NCBI GenBank assembly: GCA_964252035.1
Contig: OZ176207.1
Strand: one strand, 5' to 3'
DNA length: 64,000 bases
DNA from: Podarcis erhardii
Lineage: Eukaryota
The stretch's first letter is position 1. Every line of letters begins with the position of its first letter. The position numbers were made by a program, and so were the translations under genes. Below are positions 1 through 13,015 of this stretch, piece by piece. Below the pieces are notes generated by a model. The model saw nothing but the letters and a program-made list of their open reading frames with translations, was not told where the DNA came from and searched no databases.

Positions 1-287
1 TATCTTGTACTTGTTGAGTCACTATCTTTTCCTTTAGTTGTTTTAAAAAATGACATTCCCTCCAACAATTCCAGCAGCCTTGGAAGTTTACAAGCCCCAA
101 CACTTCCTCACATGGATTCTATTTTCTTCCTCTCTTCAGCTCAGTTCCGACAGTGATACATAAACCCCTGTAATCCATACTCCCTGAAGTTCTAAACCCT
201 CATTGATTCCACCCACAGCCTCATCTACAGCCTATTCATAAATCCTCTTCAATTCCAATGCAGAACTTTTGAATGCCACCAAAGTAC

Positions 288-398
288 CTTTTTGCTCCTG
301 AAAGACAGCGTCCGCCTCTCTGCAGCTGAAACTGTTCAATTGGCGTTGACTGCAGAGTGTTGCTAGGGGAAGGGTCCTTTAAAACTCTGCCTACTTGC
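288..398 (-). CDS. ANKHD1: Candidate alternative cassette exon of ANKHD1 (111 nt, QVGRVLKDPSPSNTLQSTPIEQFQLQRGGRCLSGAK)
   Basis: ACTAAT branch-like motif, pyrimidine tract, gacag|G acceptor and AAG|gtactt donor; open and phase 2->2, matching exon 27. Confidence 0.5.
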
Positions 399-1174
399 CT
401 GTCAAGGATAGAAAATACAATTTTCATTAGTTTTCTAGGCAAAAGATGAAAAGAGTTTCGTGTCATACATTTTCAAGCTCAGGTCCAGACAAGAAAACCT
501 TCTCTCTTTTCCCCTGTTTTATTTGTTACATATATATTATCGATCTCTGTGGAAACCCAAGGGATCTCCAAGCCAGATATTAGCAGGTCCCAGATCTACT
601 CAGCTCTACACATATGGAACTATTGTAGGCACTTCCAAAACATGTTCTAATTATACCCTAGATTAGTCAAGACTAAAATATCACAATTATTTAAAACACT
701 AGGAAATCTTAAGAAACTGGTGTGATAGGCATATGGAACCTGATATTGTACATAATTTAGATGGCAGTCCATTTAAGGCCCATTGAAATCAGTTGAGCAG
801 TTAATGGCTTATTGTCCTCCCCATTTCAACAGGATTAAGTACTTCATTAGAATCACTGTGCTCCACACAGCGCAGAATCTATAGCTCTGTTAGGATAGCA
901 AAATATCTCTTTTTAAAATAGTTTGACAGAAAGGGAAGGCTTTGGAAGCATACATATTTCTACAAGATTCACTATTGTTAATATGTTTACAAATGCATCA
1001 GCAGCCAAGAAAAAAGTTACATCAGAACTGTTACATATGGAAAAGTATATGGTTTCATATTAACGGCTCAGATTTAAAATGTCAAAGTTGTTTGCATCTA
1101 TTAAGTGTACTTTTTATAATGTAAATAGGCCTGTGCTCCTCGGTTGAAGGGTAGTACAGAAATTTAATTAATAA

Positions 1175-2960
1175 TAATAATTTATTAAATTTATATACTG
1201 CCCTTCATCTCAAGGCAGTTCACAAGATAAAAGAACAAAATAAGTAGTTAAAACAAAAACCTCTCCTCTCACAAACACATTTAAAAAACTGTAGAATCAT
1301 AGCTATCAACTTTTTCCTTTTCTTGCGAGGAACCCTATTCGGAATAAGGGAATTTCCCTTTTTAAAAAAAGGGAAACGTTGACAGCTATGTGTAGAATAT
1401 CAATCAGCCAACGGCCTGGTTGAAGAGGAATGCTTTTGCCTGGTGCCTAAAGATATATAATGAAGGTGCCAGATGGACCTCTCTGGGGAGAGCCTTCTAC
1501 AAATGGGGAGCCACTGCGGAAAAGGCCCATTCTTATGTTGCCACCCTCTAGACCTCTCATGGAGGAGGCACACAAAGAAGTGCTCAGATGATGATTGCAG
1601 GCTCCGGGTTGGTTTATATGAGGTGAGTTGGTCCTTGAGGTATTGCAGTCCTGAGCTGTTTAAGGCTTTATAGGTCAAAACCAGCACTCTGAATTGGGTC
1701 TGGAAGCTAATTGGCAGCCAGTGTAGTCTGGCCAGGATCAGTATATGCTCACACTGTCTTGCACCTGTAAGCAACCTGGCTGCCAAATTCTGCACCAGCT
1801 GAAGTTTCTTAACTGTCTTCAGAAGCAGCCCTACGTATGATGCATTTCAGTATTCCAACCTAGAGGTTTCCAGAGCACAGACAACAGAAGTTAGGCTATT
1901 CCTGTCCAGACAGAGGCACAGCTGGGCCACCAGTCAAAGCGGATGGAAGGCAATCAGCACCACTGAGGCCACCTGAGGCTCAAGCGACAGCAAAGGATCC
2001 AGGAGTACCCCAAGCTGCTTACCTGCTCCTTCAGAGGCAGTATAACCCCATCAAGAGCAGGCAACCTCCCATCCATCCAGACCAGTGCCTTAGTCTTATC
2101 TGGACTGAGCTTCAGCTTGTTGGCTCTCATCTGGTCCATTACTGAGGCAAGAAAACGGTCCAGCACACCCACTGCCTCACCTGCAGATGCTAAGGTGAAG
2201 TAGAGCTGTGTCATCAGCATATTGCTGACAACGTACTCTGAAACGCCAAATGACCCCTCTCAGTGGTTTCATGTAAACAGCAGAGGGGATAAAATCGAGC
2301 CCTGAGGAACTCCACATTGACGGTTCCACGAGGCTGCAGAGCACTCCCCAAGCATCACCCTCTGAGAACCACCATCCAAGTAGGACTGGAACCACTGCAA
2401 AGTGGTGCCATCTACCCTCAACGCAGACAACTGCTCCAGAAGTCGATGGTATTGAAAGCTGCTAAGAGGTTAAGAAGAATAAACAAGGACATATTTCTCC
2501 TGTCTCTCTCCCAGCAAAGGTCAACATACAGAGTGACCAGAACAGTTTCTGTGCCAAAACCAGGCAAAAAACCCCCAAAAACCCAATTGAAATGGCTCTA
2601 GAAATTCAGTTTCCACCAAGAGCGCCTGAATCTGGTGCATGAACATCCACTCTAGAACCTTGCCCAAGAACGGGAGTAGTTTTACCACTGTCTCCTTCAA
2701 GCAGGCAGGGACCAACCCCTCTCGTAAGAAGGCATGAATCACCTGCCTGGCCCAGCCAGCTGTCTCCTCACTGCTAATTTTTTATCAGCCACAAGGGTCC
2801 AGAGCATAAGTGGTGGCCCTGACTAATCCAAGCACCTTGTCTGCATCCTTGAGCCTTACTAACTTAACAACAACAGGGCTCTTACAAGAGAATTGACAGT
2901 CTGCTTCCCAGACACCCAGCATCTCAGCTTTACATAATGGGGTGCATACACAAACCTCAG
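1175..2960 (-). mobile_element. Degraded L2-type LINE (RT and 3' end); boundaries approximate
   Basis: Broken frames encode EPFQLGF, QQYADDTALL, ANKLKLSPDKT, LHWLP...FRVLVLTYKAL; typical AT-rich tail near 1175. Confidence 0.85.
1298..1390. mobile_element. 93-bp hAT-type MITE nested in the L2
   Basis: Imperfect TIRs catagctatcaac...gttgacagctatg; perfect 8-bp TSD tgtagaat (1290-1297 and 1391-1398). Confidence 0.85.
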
Positions 2961-3286
2961 GCTCAACTCCCCACCTCCACGTGCAGAACCTTCACTGTGA
3001 ACTAGGATCCATGAGTAGGCGCTGCTTATGTGATGCTACTTAACACTTAAGTTGGTGTGATAGGAGAGAGCATGTGACCCTAATGTTTGCTCCTCAAGTC
3101 CACAGCATTTAAGACTTATAATGTATGTTAAAGTTAGCAAATGCCAAGTGCTTTAAAAAAAAATCTGACACGTGTATCCACTACCATTCGTATACTGTCA
3201 TACCTTCACCCCCAATTCAAAACTGACCAAATTACCAATCATGCTCAAACTGGTCAGATTCATGAAACTGCATGAAAACAACTTAC

Positions 3287-3433
3287 CTTCTCACTACTTC
3301 TTTCCAGCCTTCTTCTCTTTTTTGCCCTCTTTTTGGACTAGTCAGATTCAACTTTATGTTCGGAGATGTCAGAGGCAGAGACACAGATTTATAACTTGTT
3401 GTTAAGGAGTTTGGATTAGCTTCACCTTCAAGT
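3287..3433 (-). CDS. ANKHD1: ANKHD1 exon ~27 (LEGEANPNSLTTSYK...KREEGWKEVVRR), 147 nt, phase 2->2; precedes the KH-domain exon (outside window)
   Basis: tttttag|A acceptor, AG|gtaagt donor; manual translation. Confidence 0.95.
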
Positions 3434-5316
3434 CTAAAAACAAAGATAAGTTTGATTACTGATTGCCTGCCACCAAATGATCAAAACCTCAATTCCAATT
3501 ACTGAATTCCATGTAAGTGAATGATACAAACTGTTATCAACAGGGTCCTCCAAGTGCTCAGACAGCACAATCCTATTTCCAGATGAGTTCAGGTGAGCAC
3601 AGAATATGGAACATTTGTTCCTAATACAGGAAGCTCTATCAACAGATCAGCGCTAATGACTATGTAGGCGGGGCACTTATTTTGATAAAAGATTAATAAC
3701 TTTTGAAAACACTTAATGGCAGCGTAAATTGTTTTGCGGCAACAGTTGCATTAATTATGTGCAAAGGGGATGGGGGACTGTTGAACAGCCTGCTTACCTG
3801 AATCTGGTGTTCTTATGAGTGATAATTATGCAGATATGCTTAAAGGTTATGAACCTGTGCACAGCATTGTTCAGAACTTTTTGAATTTAAAACTAACTTT
3901 GGGCACAAACGATCTGCCCAAGTGTTGTGTAAATGTACCACAACTTCCTGCTTGGCACTTAAGTATCAAAGTTCTTAAGTATCATAGTTATACAGCTACC
4001 TGCAACAAGGAAGACCAACTGTGTGGATGCACAGATAGCTATGTGGGAAACATCCATTTCAGGTAAGCAACCTCAGCTTTGTGTTTTTTTGTGGGGGCAC
4101 AAACATAGGAGATTGGTAAGCTAGTTATTGAGATACTGGATGCAGGTATCGTCATATGAACAAGGATAAGGATAGCTCACATCTGGTGTCCACCCAGCTT
4201 AAGTTGACAACTGGGGCCAGGTAGAACAATACATATGGAGCACCATGCAAAGGATGTGACTAGAATGTACTCAAAAACCACCTGGTACTTCGTATTGGGC
4301 CAGTTCATGTTACATGGTATGTGAAGAGACCCAATTAGAAAATTCTGAAGATGACACTTGGATGAAAGACAAAGAAGAAATTCTCCCTAATGATAAAATG
4401 GTGGCTGAAAAGAGAACTGAACAGAAAAATATGGAATTCACCCCATAGGCATAAGCACTATAGTCAAAGAGCAGATCTTTTATAACAGAAGTATCTAGGT
4501 TTAGTTCTAGAAGGTTTGAATGATGCAGAGGCAGAACCTGTGTGTGCCTGGGCAGACCAAAACTGGTATATATTGCAACTATAACTGAAATCCATGAAAA
4601 GGACCTTCTCCATAGCTGTACCAAAGCCCTGGTGCTCGCCTCTGAGACAAGTTTGTCATGCTCCTGCCACTTGAAACGATAGTGAATGCCAAAGATTTTT
4701 TAAAAAGAAGACGACTTGACTTTGGACTATAACATCTGGTTTTAGTAGCTGGCTGATTTTGAGCTACTTAGATATGTCAGTTGCAATTGTTTCATCTTCT
4801 GTTGTTGCTTTTAAATATTTGTTTTATCTTTTTATGCTATATAACAACAACAACAACAATTTATACCCCGCCCATCTGGCTGGGTTTCCCCAGCCCCTCT
4901 GCTTAGATCTTGTAAAAACTTGATGTTTTGTTATTTTAATAGTGATGTTCTTAGGTACCTTGTACTATTTATAAAAAATGTAAGGTATGAATCTTTTAAA
5001 TAATATGAAACTAGCTAATCATGAAGCGTAGGTCTGTAGCCAAAATGTAGTCACAGGATCTCTCTAAAACAAGCATGGGAAACTTTTAAAGGGTCTTAAA
5101 TAGGCCCACAAGGCTGTTTCCCTCTAACCACACCCACTTGCCCACACATGACATCAACTGTGGGGGCAGGCAAACCCACAACTGCAAAGGAATGACCAGG
5201 AGCATTAAAGGGAGCTCCCACGGTTCCTTATCAAGCAGTAAACTCCAGTGGGCCTTGCATTCGGTACTAAATTTTAAAAGGTTCCGAATGCAAGCCTTGC
5301 TTGCACAGGGACAATA

Positions 5317-5542
5317 CAGTGGTACCTTGGGTTAAGAACTTAATTCGTTCCAGAGGTCCGTTCTTAACCTGAAACTGTTCTTAACCTGAAGCACCACTTT
5401 AGCTAATGGGGCCTCCTGCTGCTGCCACGCCACCGGAACACAATTTCTGTTCTCATCCTGAAGCAAAGTTCTTAACCTGAAGCACTATTTCTGGATTAAC
5501 AGAGTCTGTAACCTGAAGCGTATGTAACGTGAGGTACCACTG
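5317..5542. mobile_element. Tc1/mariner (Tigger-like) MITE
   Basis: TIRs cagtggtacct...aggtaccactg, TA on both sides, internal ttcttaacctga repeats. Confidence 0.85.
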
Positions 5543-6180
5543 TATAAAGTGCACCTTAATATTCCCAATAGTTCCTTTGCAGTCATGTCAGGTATGGATG
5601 GGACAGGTGGGTGCAGCGGGGGGAAATGGCCTGTGCATCATGTTAGCCACCTCTACTCTAGATTATGGGGAATTGGGAATCATTAGCCTTGGCTAAGCAA
5701 CACACTTGCATGCTAATGGTCACTGCTCCCACCAACAGGAAACCTTTGATGCAGGAAGATGACAACTGCTAAGAGGAGCACACAGATGTTCATGTGCAGA
5801 GCAAGCAGCATCTGTTACACCCACCTTCACCACGAGGTCAGAGAACCTGCTGCCCAACGCTGTCTTCAAAGTTACATTCTGGCAAAACTAGATGATATCA
5901 TTTGCTGTTATTGTTGTCCTGGAGGATTAACGTGCAGCTGTTGCTTTTAATTGCTTTGCTTTGTTTTTGATCAGGAGGGATGAATTAGAGGTTACCAAGG
6001 AGAGCTCATCTCCTTAGTAACACCTAATTTGGGGATCTATAAGGTAATTTAAAGCCTCTAATCCCCCAACCTTGAAGCAGAAGGTCCAAAACATGTGCAT
6101 TCAGAAACATTTCAGCATCAAGCCAACATGAAAAAGACTCATTAAAAGCTTCAATAATGGAGATATAACTTGTGACTCAC

Positions 6181-6637
6181 CTGGTTTGCACTTTGGAAAC
6201 TGAGGTGTTAGTCTTGTCTTCCTGAGAAGGGAGCAGTACTGAGGCATATCGTCTCTCGCCTGAAGAGTGTGTGTCCATAGTGAAGTTTAGTTCCTGGCTT
6301 TTACCACCGCTGCTGCTCTCACTATTGCAATCTGTGCTGTCTAAGTTGTCAGAATCACTATTCCCACCAGCACTACCGCCTCTTGGCTCTCCGTTGATTT
6401 TATTTTTATCTGCTTTTTGCTGTGCTAGAGTTATATGCTGGTCTGGCAAAATTATCTGCACATTTTGAGGAGTGTCTTTTGTTTTATTCTTCTTATTCTT
6501 TCTATTTGTGCTGGGAGTTGTTACCACATTGGCCCTCTTCTTTCCAAATGCATTTGTGAAAGTAGTTGATGTTGCAGATATTCCAATAGTAGTTGTAGTG
6601 GTTGCACTTGGAGGCTCTAAAGGAACTTCTTGATCAA
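6181..6637 (-). CDS. ANKHD1: ANKHD1 exon ~26 (VDQEVPLEPPSATTTTTIG...SKVQTR), 457 nt
   Basis: ttttgtttcag|TT acceptor, AG|gtgagt donor. Confidence 0.95.
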
Positions 6638-7489
6638 CTGAAACAAAACAGATTTTTTAAAAATAAAACTTAATGATGGGAACAGTGGCCTCCCCCCCCC
6701 CCAAAAAAACCCCACCTGTATCAGAATGGTAGTGACTTGTACCATGACATCAAAGGCAGAGTTTTTCTGCAAGTTAGACCAGACTTTTAGCATTCTGGTT
6801 TTAAATCTATTTTTTAAATGCTTTAAATCACAACGGATGAATTAAAAAAGAACTTCTTTTAAAACCTGCTATTCTAGGAACTGTTTGTTGATTTTCTTCT
6901 GTATGTATCATATAGAACTATATAGCATCAATGTATAAGGTACTTTACAGGGTAGCAAGAACTCAGATGGTCGGAAATTGGACAATATTAACATGCAAAG
7001 CTTCATTTCAGAGGGATGAGATTCGAAGGTGATTTCAAAAGCTTTAGGGAAGAGGTGAGTTTGGCTGAGTTACTAACAAGGGAGTAAAAAAAGTGACAGT
7101 ACAACTTGAGTCCCATTTTTGCATTACCCCAGAGTTGCTGCAGAACTCCTTCCCACATGGTTAGGATAGAGATGAGATGAGCCATTCAGAAGGGGTTGTA
7201 ACCAGGACTTACTTTACCCAGTGCCATAGGAATAAGTGGTGCTGAAGTCAGTTCCAGTCATCAGAATTATAGTGGGGGGGGGGGGACCCGGGCCAGGTGG
7301 GAAGAAGAAACAGGAAGGGATACTTGAGAGACAGCAGGTGATTGTTGGATGGCCAAGGGTAATAGACACAGTGCCTACAGTATCCATTATGTAAGACACA
7401 CAGATCCTTTCCCAAAGCAGAGTTTAAATCTAAAGTTTGACTGGGTTGTGGCAGAAGAGGAAAGATAAAGATTATCCTTTGGGGCTGTC

Positions 7490-8790
7490 TTGTTAGGTGG
7501 GGCATGGGAGGCACTGTAGTATGTTGGCTCCAGAGCATCCTAAAGGATCAGTCCAAGGTGGTGCTGGGGGCCTTCAAGTTCTCACCCTTGATCTGTGGGG
7601 TGCTTCAAGGTATTATTCTGACCACACGCTGTTTAACATGGAGAGTTGGACTTTGGTGTCACCAATATACAGTGGTGCCTCGCAAGACGAAATTAATTCG
7701 TTCCACGAGTTGCTTCGTCTTGCGATTTTTTCGTCTTGCGGAGCATGGATTCCCTGGGTATTAACGGTTTTACGAAAAAGGAAGCAAACTCGCAAGACGT
7801 TTTCGTCTTGTGAAGCAAGCCCATAGGGAAATTCGTCTTGCGAAGCACCTCGAAAAACGGAAAACCCTTTCGTCTAGCGAGTTTTTCATCTTGCGAGGCA
7901 TTCGTCTTGCGGGGCACCACTGTACAGACAACACCTAGCTCTAACCTACAACCAGGTCTTTTTTTCAGCCGGAACTCGGTGCCATTATAAGAGAACAATG
8001 GAAGCTTTCATGGCAAGTTAGGGCACCTCTTTTTCTAGAAAAATAGCACTGCCTGCATCTTCCTGATGCTGTGGAACATCTGAACAGGTGTCTGAAAATG
8101 ATTCTGGCATACATGAGGGTGAACATGCTGAGGCTTAATCCAGACAAGACAGAGGTACTCTCCATGGTTGGAATGATTTAACAGTCCTGAATGGGGAAGC
8201 ACTCTGGTTTGCATCCTGGGATTAGGCTAGGAATACCTTTTACCAGTTTAGGCTGATACAGCAGCTATGGCCCTATCTAGAGAGACCAGACCTTGCCTCA
8301 GTAATCCATGCACAAATTACATCCAAGACATTACCATAATGGATTCTTTGTGTGGCTGCCTTTGAAGATGGTCTGGAAACTCCAACTGGTGCAGGTTTCC
8401 ACTGCTAGGATAATGGTAGGGGCAAGGGAACTGGAGGACATGACACCAATTCTGTACCAAATGCACTGGTTATAGGTGTGTTTCTGGATGGAATTCAAAG
8501 TGCTTGTCTTAACCTTGAAAGCCCTATATGGTTTGAGACAGAACTATCTGAAGGATAATTGTATGAAGCAATCATACAAACTTGCCTGGGCATTGAGATA
8601 TGGTTCAGAGGCCCTGTTTGTGTACCTTCCTATGACGTCAATTTGGTTGCCAGGCATGAGAAACAGGGCCTTTTCTGTGGCAGCTCCCAGCCTCTTACAC
8701 TCCTACACACAGAAGCATGCATGGCCTTTGCACTATGCATTTTTAAATGGGTTTTAAAACCCACCGTTTTCAAAATGTATTTTCTGGACT
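7490..8790 (+). mobile_element. Degraded L2-type LINE interrupted by a MITE; boundaries approximate
   Basis: Remnants GVLQG, MRVNMLRLNPDKTEVL, MHWL, FKVLVLTLKALYGL. Confidence 0.75.
7670..7922. mobile_element. Tc1/mariner (Tigger-like) MITE
   Basis: TIRs cagtggtgcc...ggcaccactg, TA TSD, repeated ttcgtcttgcga motif. Confidence 0.85.
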
Positions 8791-9053
8791 AAGCCTTTTC
8801 TTCTCTACAGAGTCATTCTAAATACAACTCTACTAGTTTAATAAATAATAAAGAAATATAAGCAATGTGTTTGTATACGATGTACACTGCTAACAGAGTC
8901 CCTCACACGACTTGGATATCCTTACTCAAATGAAGTGACCAATTATTACCAAAACACATGTAAAAATTACTTTCACTCTGTGCTTTAGAGGAGCTTTAAA
9001 TCCCAAAAATACAAGTTTAGAAAACTAAGCTGAAGGAGTGATGAATTCCTCAC

Positions 9054-9228
9054 CATCATCATCATTCTCATCTTCATCTTCATCTTCTTGCAGCTCTAGT
9101 GTTTCCTTAGGTTTGTGCTCCTCATCTTCTTCCTGTTTTCGTTTTTGCTCTTCTTTCTTCTTCTTCCTCTTCTCCTTCCTCTTCTCTCTTTTTGCTGCAA
9201 GAGCCTGCTTTCTACTCTCTTCTCTGGA
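9054..9228 (-). CDS. ANKHD1: ANKHD1 exon ~25 (SREESRKQALAAKREKRKEKRKKKKEEQ...DEDENDDD), 175 nt; basic (NLS-like) and acidic tract
   Basis: ccacag|TCC acceptor, G|gtgagg donor. Confidence 0.94.
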
Positions 9229-10510
9229 CTGTGGAAAAATAATTTACAATATACCTGATTACACACCAATGTAGAATATAAACATATATACATTGATAAC
9301 TACAGCAAATGCATTATATATAGAATTCTAAATTCTCCAGTGTCTTCTTTTTGGCTCAAGAAACCTCCATAATGAATGATTCCCCCCCCCCACACAAATA
9401 AAATAAAATAAAATAAAATAATAATAATAATAATTGGCTGGGTTTCCCAAGCCACTCTGGGCAGCTTCCAACTGAATATTAAAAACAATACCGCATCAAA
9501 CATTAAAAACTTCCCTAAACATGAAAGTAAAATGAAAAAGTAAAAAAACGAAAGTAAACTGAAGTGCTTTTTCCAATCTGGCTTGGCTCACACAGATCCC
9601 ATCTTGTGTGGGAAAGCACACTGTTGCTTAGGTCAACTGTGCTACAAATGTGTTTTGTTATAGATATGTCTATAGATATGCCTAGATTGTCCTTAAGAGT
9701 GGAAACCCTGAAAGCCACCTTCAAATACTGAATATAATCAATCTGCAGTGGTCCTGCTCTTTTATACAGTATTGCAATTGTAGACCAATTTTTTATACCT
9801 GTTTTTAGTGGACTACATTTAGTTTAAGGTATGTTTAAGTAAGTATCTATTATGATTTTGGTTTATTTTCCAGTATAAACTATTGGCCCAGTTTAGACAA
9901 TCAGTCTAGGCTTCATAAAACATGAATATGATCCTGACTAATTAACATGAACTCAAGAGTCCCCCGGATTAGACATAATAAGAAACACATGCTTACTAAA
10001 AGCTAAAAAAAGTGGTGAACAAGCACACAAGGTGAAGCAATAGTGCTGGGCCTCTTGACACTTGTTTCAAGCTTTATAAATGTATGAGGCTGAGAAAGGG
10101 TGTCCAAACTAGACCATAGTGTAGTGGACCACTTTATGTTATTACTATCCATAACTAAAGTAAGCTTTACTTTGGAATCCCCCCGAACCGCAAGCTACTG
10201 CTTTAGTAACTACTAGCTTGCTACAGTACACAGGAGGATGCAGCAAGGCGACCCAATCTAATCCAGAATGTGGCTCATGGGGGTGGTTAGGATTTTCAAC
10301 TGTTAGATCTATACCCATTTGATTTAGAAGTCTTGCTAGCCTGAGTGAAGGCGTGATGGTGGCTTACTCCAGAAAATTAAAATCCAAAACAGACTCAGAT
10401 TAACCCTCTGCTGCATTTATCCCACACAGGTGCATGAATAAGTCTGAGAGAGGATTTTACTTGATTTATGTAACAGTATTTAAGCAAGGGGATGTACTCT
10501 ATCATCTTAC

Positions 10511-10627
10511 CTTTTCCAAATCTAGCTCTTTTAGCAGGATGCTTGCATTCTTATTTGCTTCAGCTGCTTGCTGGTCCTTTGCCTTCACAATTGTTTCAAC
10601 ACACTGGTGACATTTCTTCAGCAAATC
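10511..10627 (-). CDS. ANKHD1: ANKHD1 exon ~24 (DLLKKCHQCVETIVKAKDQQAAEANKNASILLKELDLEK), 117 nt
   Basis: tatag|GAT acceptor, AAG|gtaaga donor; manual translation. Confidence 0.95.
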
Positions 10628-12433
10628 CTATACAGTAGAAAGTTTGTGAAAAGGAAAGATAGGTTCAGCAAGTTGCTAGACACCAAGAACTACTTCACTG
10701 GCATATACAAATGCAGTACCGGAGAATATGTCTGTAGGTAATGAATTAAAACTAGTGATTTTTTTTATTACTGTTCGGCTGATCTACAGTTTTCTGAAAA
10801 TACAGATTTTAAAGCAATTATCAATTTGTTTGCCATACGTGTGCTAACTGACCTTTCAATGCAAAAAGAGCAGAATTTATACTGAAGCTGCAAGTTTAAT
10901 ACTATAAGAGTTTATTGTTTCAACTGGCAGGCCTTGTGCTGGCCAGTTGTCCACCTGCCTACTTTTAGAATACAACTGTAGCATGGCATTCCAAATCTAG
11001 AAAGCATTTCTCATGCTGCCCCTGATAACAGGTGCAAAACCATAACTACCAATGGAAGTAAAGGTGATCAATTTCCTTAGGCATATCCAGATTTGCAGAT
11101 GCTGGATATGGTACAGACCAGAAAAGCCTTTACTACTTCAGACAAGATTTATTCCCTCCTACCGAATGTTTCCCCATACATATTTCTACTAGGGGAAATC
11201 TAGCATCTTAGAGAAGCATTCACTCCTAGCCTTCTTGCTAACATTTTGGAAGGTCTTTTTTCCAGTGGCAGAAGCATTCAGCCATGCCAATTCACAAGGT
11301 CTAACATATTGTGAAGTACAGCCCTTCACAATAGCAGCTGCGTATCTATCTCTATATAATGGTAGTTAAGACATATGCGGTAAAACTGAACACAATATTT
11401 TTGTAAAAAAATCCAGTGCTTGTTGAAATTCAGCTATTGGGTATTGGTGGAAGGCAGGTGTGTTGGATAATAGATGCAATGCCTCCCTTGTACATTTCCA
11501 GTGCAGGCCTGTGAAAATACAACAGTTTTCAACAGCCTCGCCCCCTCTCTCTGAACCTCATTTTTGTCCAACCTACATACATTAATTTCCAATTTGTTGT
11601 GCACAGTCCACGCAACTTCCATCAAGGATGTGTTTTTTGGATATAATCTCTATTTGAATAAAGTTTTTTTTAAAATAAGCACTTTCAATATTTGGTACGT
11701 GAACAATGCTGTTCTACCTACATATGAAACATGCATTGCTAATATACTTGTATAGTATAATGTGGTTCCACTATACAGGATCTTGTGAGAGGGCAACTAC
11801 TGGATCTTGTGAGAGTGATGTAACAAGTGCCTAAAATCCTCCCTTTAGTCTGACCTCATTTTGTGAACTTTTTTTCTTTCAGACCTTTCCCCTAAATTAT
11901 TTGGGAGCTGTGATCTTCAACTATAAAAGTCTTGCAATCTGTTTTTTTGTCTGTTTGTTTTAAGTGGTGAACAGAGACCATCCCCTCCCCACCAACACAC
12001 CACGCCTACAATGGAGAAAATGCCCTCACTCAAGAATTCGGGGTGAGGACGCCTAGCTGTTCATTGTCAGATAGCAACTTTGCTTGCAAGTTAATAGATC
12101 CAAGTGGTCTAACACTCAGTTTCACAAACATATCACAGAACCAAGACATAATTGTTTCCATTTTTTATAGTCCACCTTTCCTCTAAAATAGCCAAAGTAG
12201 GCTATGTTCAACTTCTGTATATATTTAGTTTTCAAGAACACTATCAATATTGATTAGATTTGGCTTCATGCTCAGTAACATCAATATCCGTTGAATTTAT
12301 CTATGCATTATTAAAAATAAATATAGGAGCTACTGCTGGGGAAAAACCGCCACTGTTGATTTTTATCATTGTTAAGTTGCAGGTGGTGCACCACATCATT
12401 TAAGAACACATTAGGAGCCTTTCTGGCACTCAC

Positions 12434-12529
12434 CTTGTCAGTTATTGTTGCTATGTACCTCATGCATTCAATGTCTGAAGGAAACTGGTTAACTTCTTTT
12501 ACCAAAAACTGCACTACTCTTACGTGACC
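12434..12529 (-). CDS. ANKHD1: ANKHD1 exon ~23 (GHVRVVQFLVKEVNQFPSDIECMRYIATITDK), 96 nt
   Basis: ttttcag|GGT acceptor, AAG|gtgagt donor. Confidence 0.96.
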
Positions 12530-12579
12530 CTGAAAAAAAAAGAGAGCAGCACCAAGGTTTTATTCATTTATCATCTCCT

Positions 12580-12971
12580 ATCAGAATGGTACACACCAAT
12601 ACGTATACACTAAAACATAAAACACCATTAAAAACAGTACAAAATAATTATTAAAACTTCAAACAACTGCATAGGCCTGTCAGCATAACAAGGTCTTCAA
12701 CAGAAAATCAAAAGCAAGTGTTTCCAGCACAGAACCAGCAACACTAAATACCAGACCTCTGATTGAGGCCAGCTGGGCTTCTGAACATGAAGAACAATCA
12801 ACAGCACTCCTCTAGATGATTTCAGTGATCAGGCTCAAGGATCAGGATTCCTCAAGGTATCCTGGACCCAAGCTGTTCAAGGCTTTGTTTAATCTTGAAC
12901 TTGGCCAGGGAGCATACAGGCAGCCAGTGCGCATATATGATATGATATGATATATGATATATGATATATGA

Positions 12972-13015
<44 letters not shown>

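Noticed and set aside
9038-9274. Ser/Phe-rich + strand ORF
   Set aside because: Antisense shadow of the Lys/Glu-rich ANKHD1 exon 25
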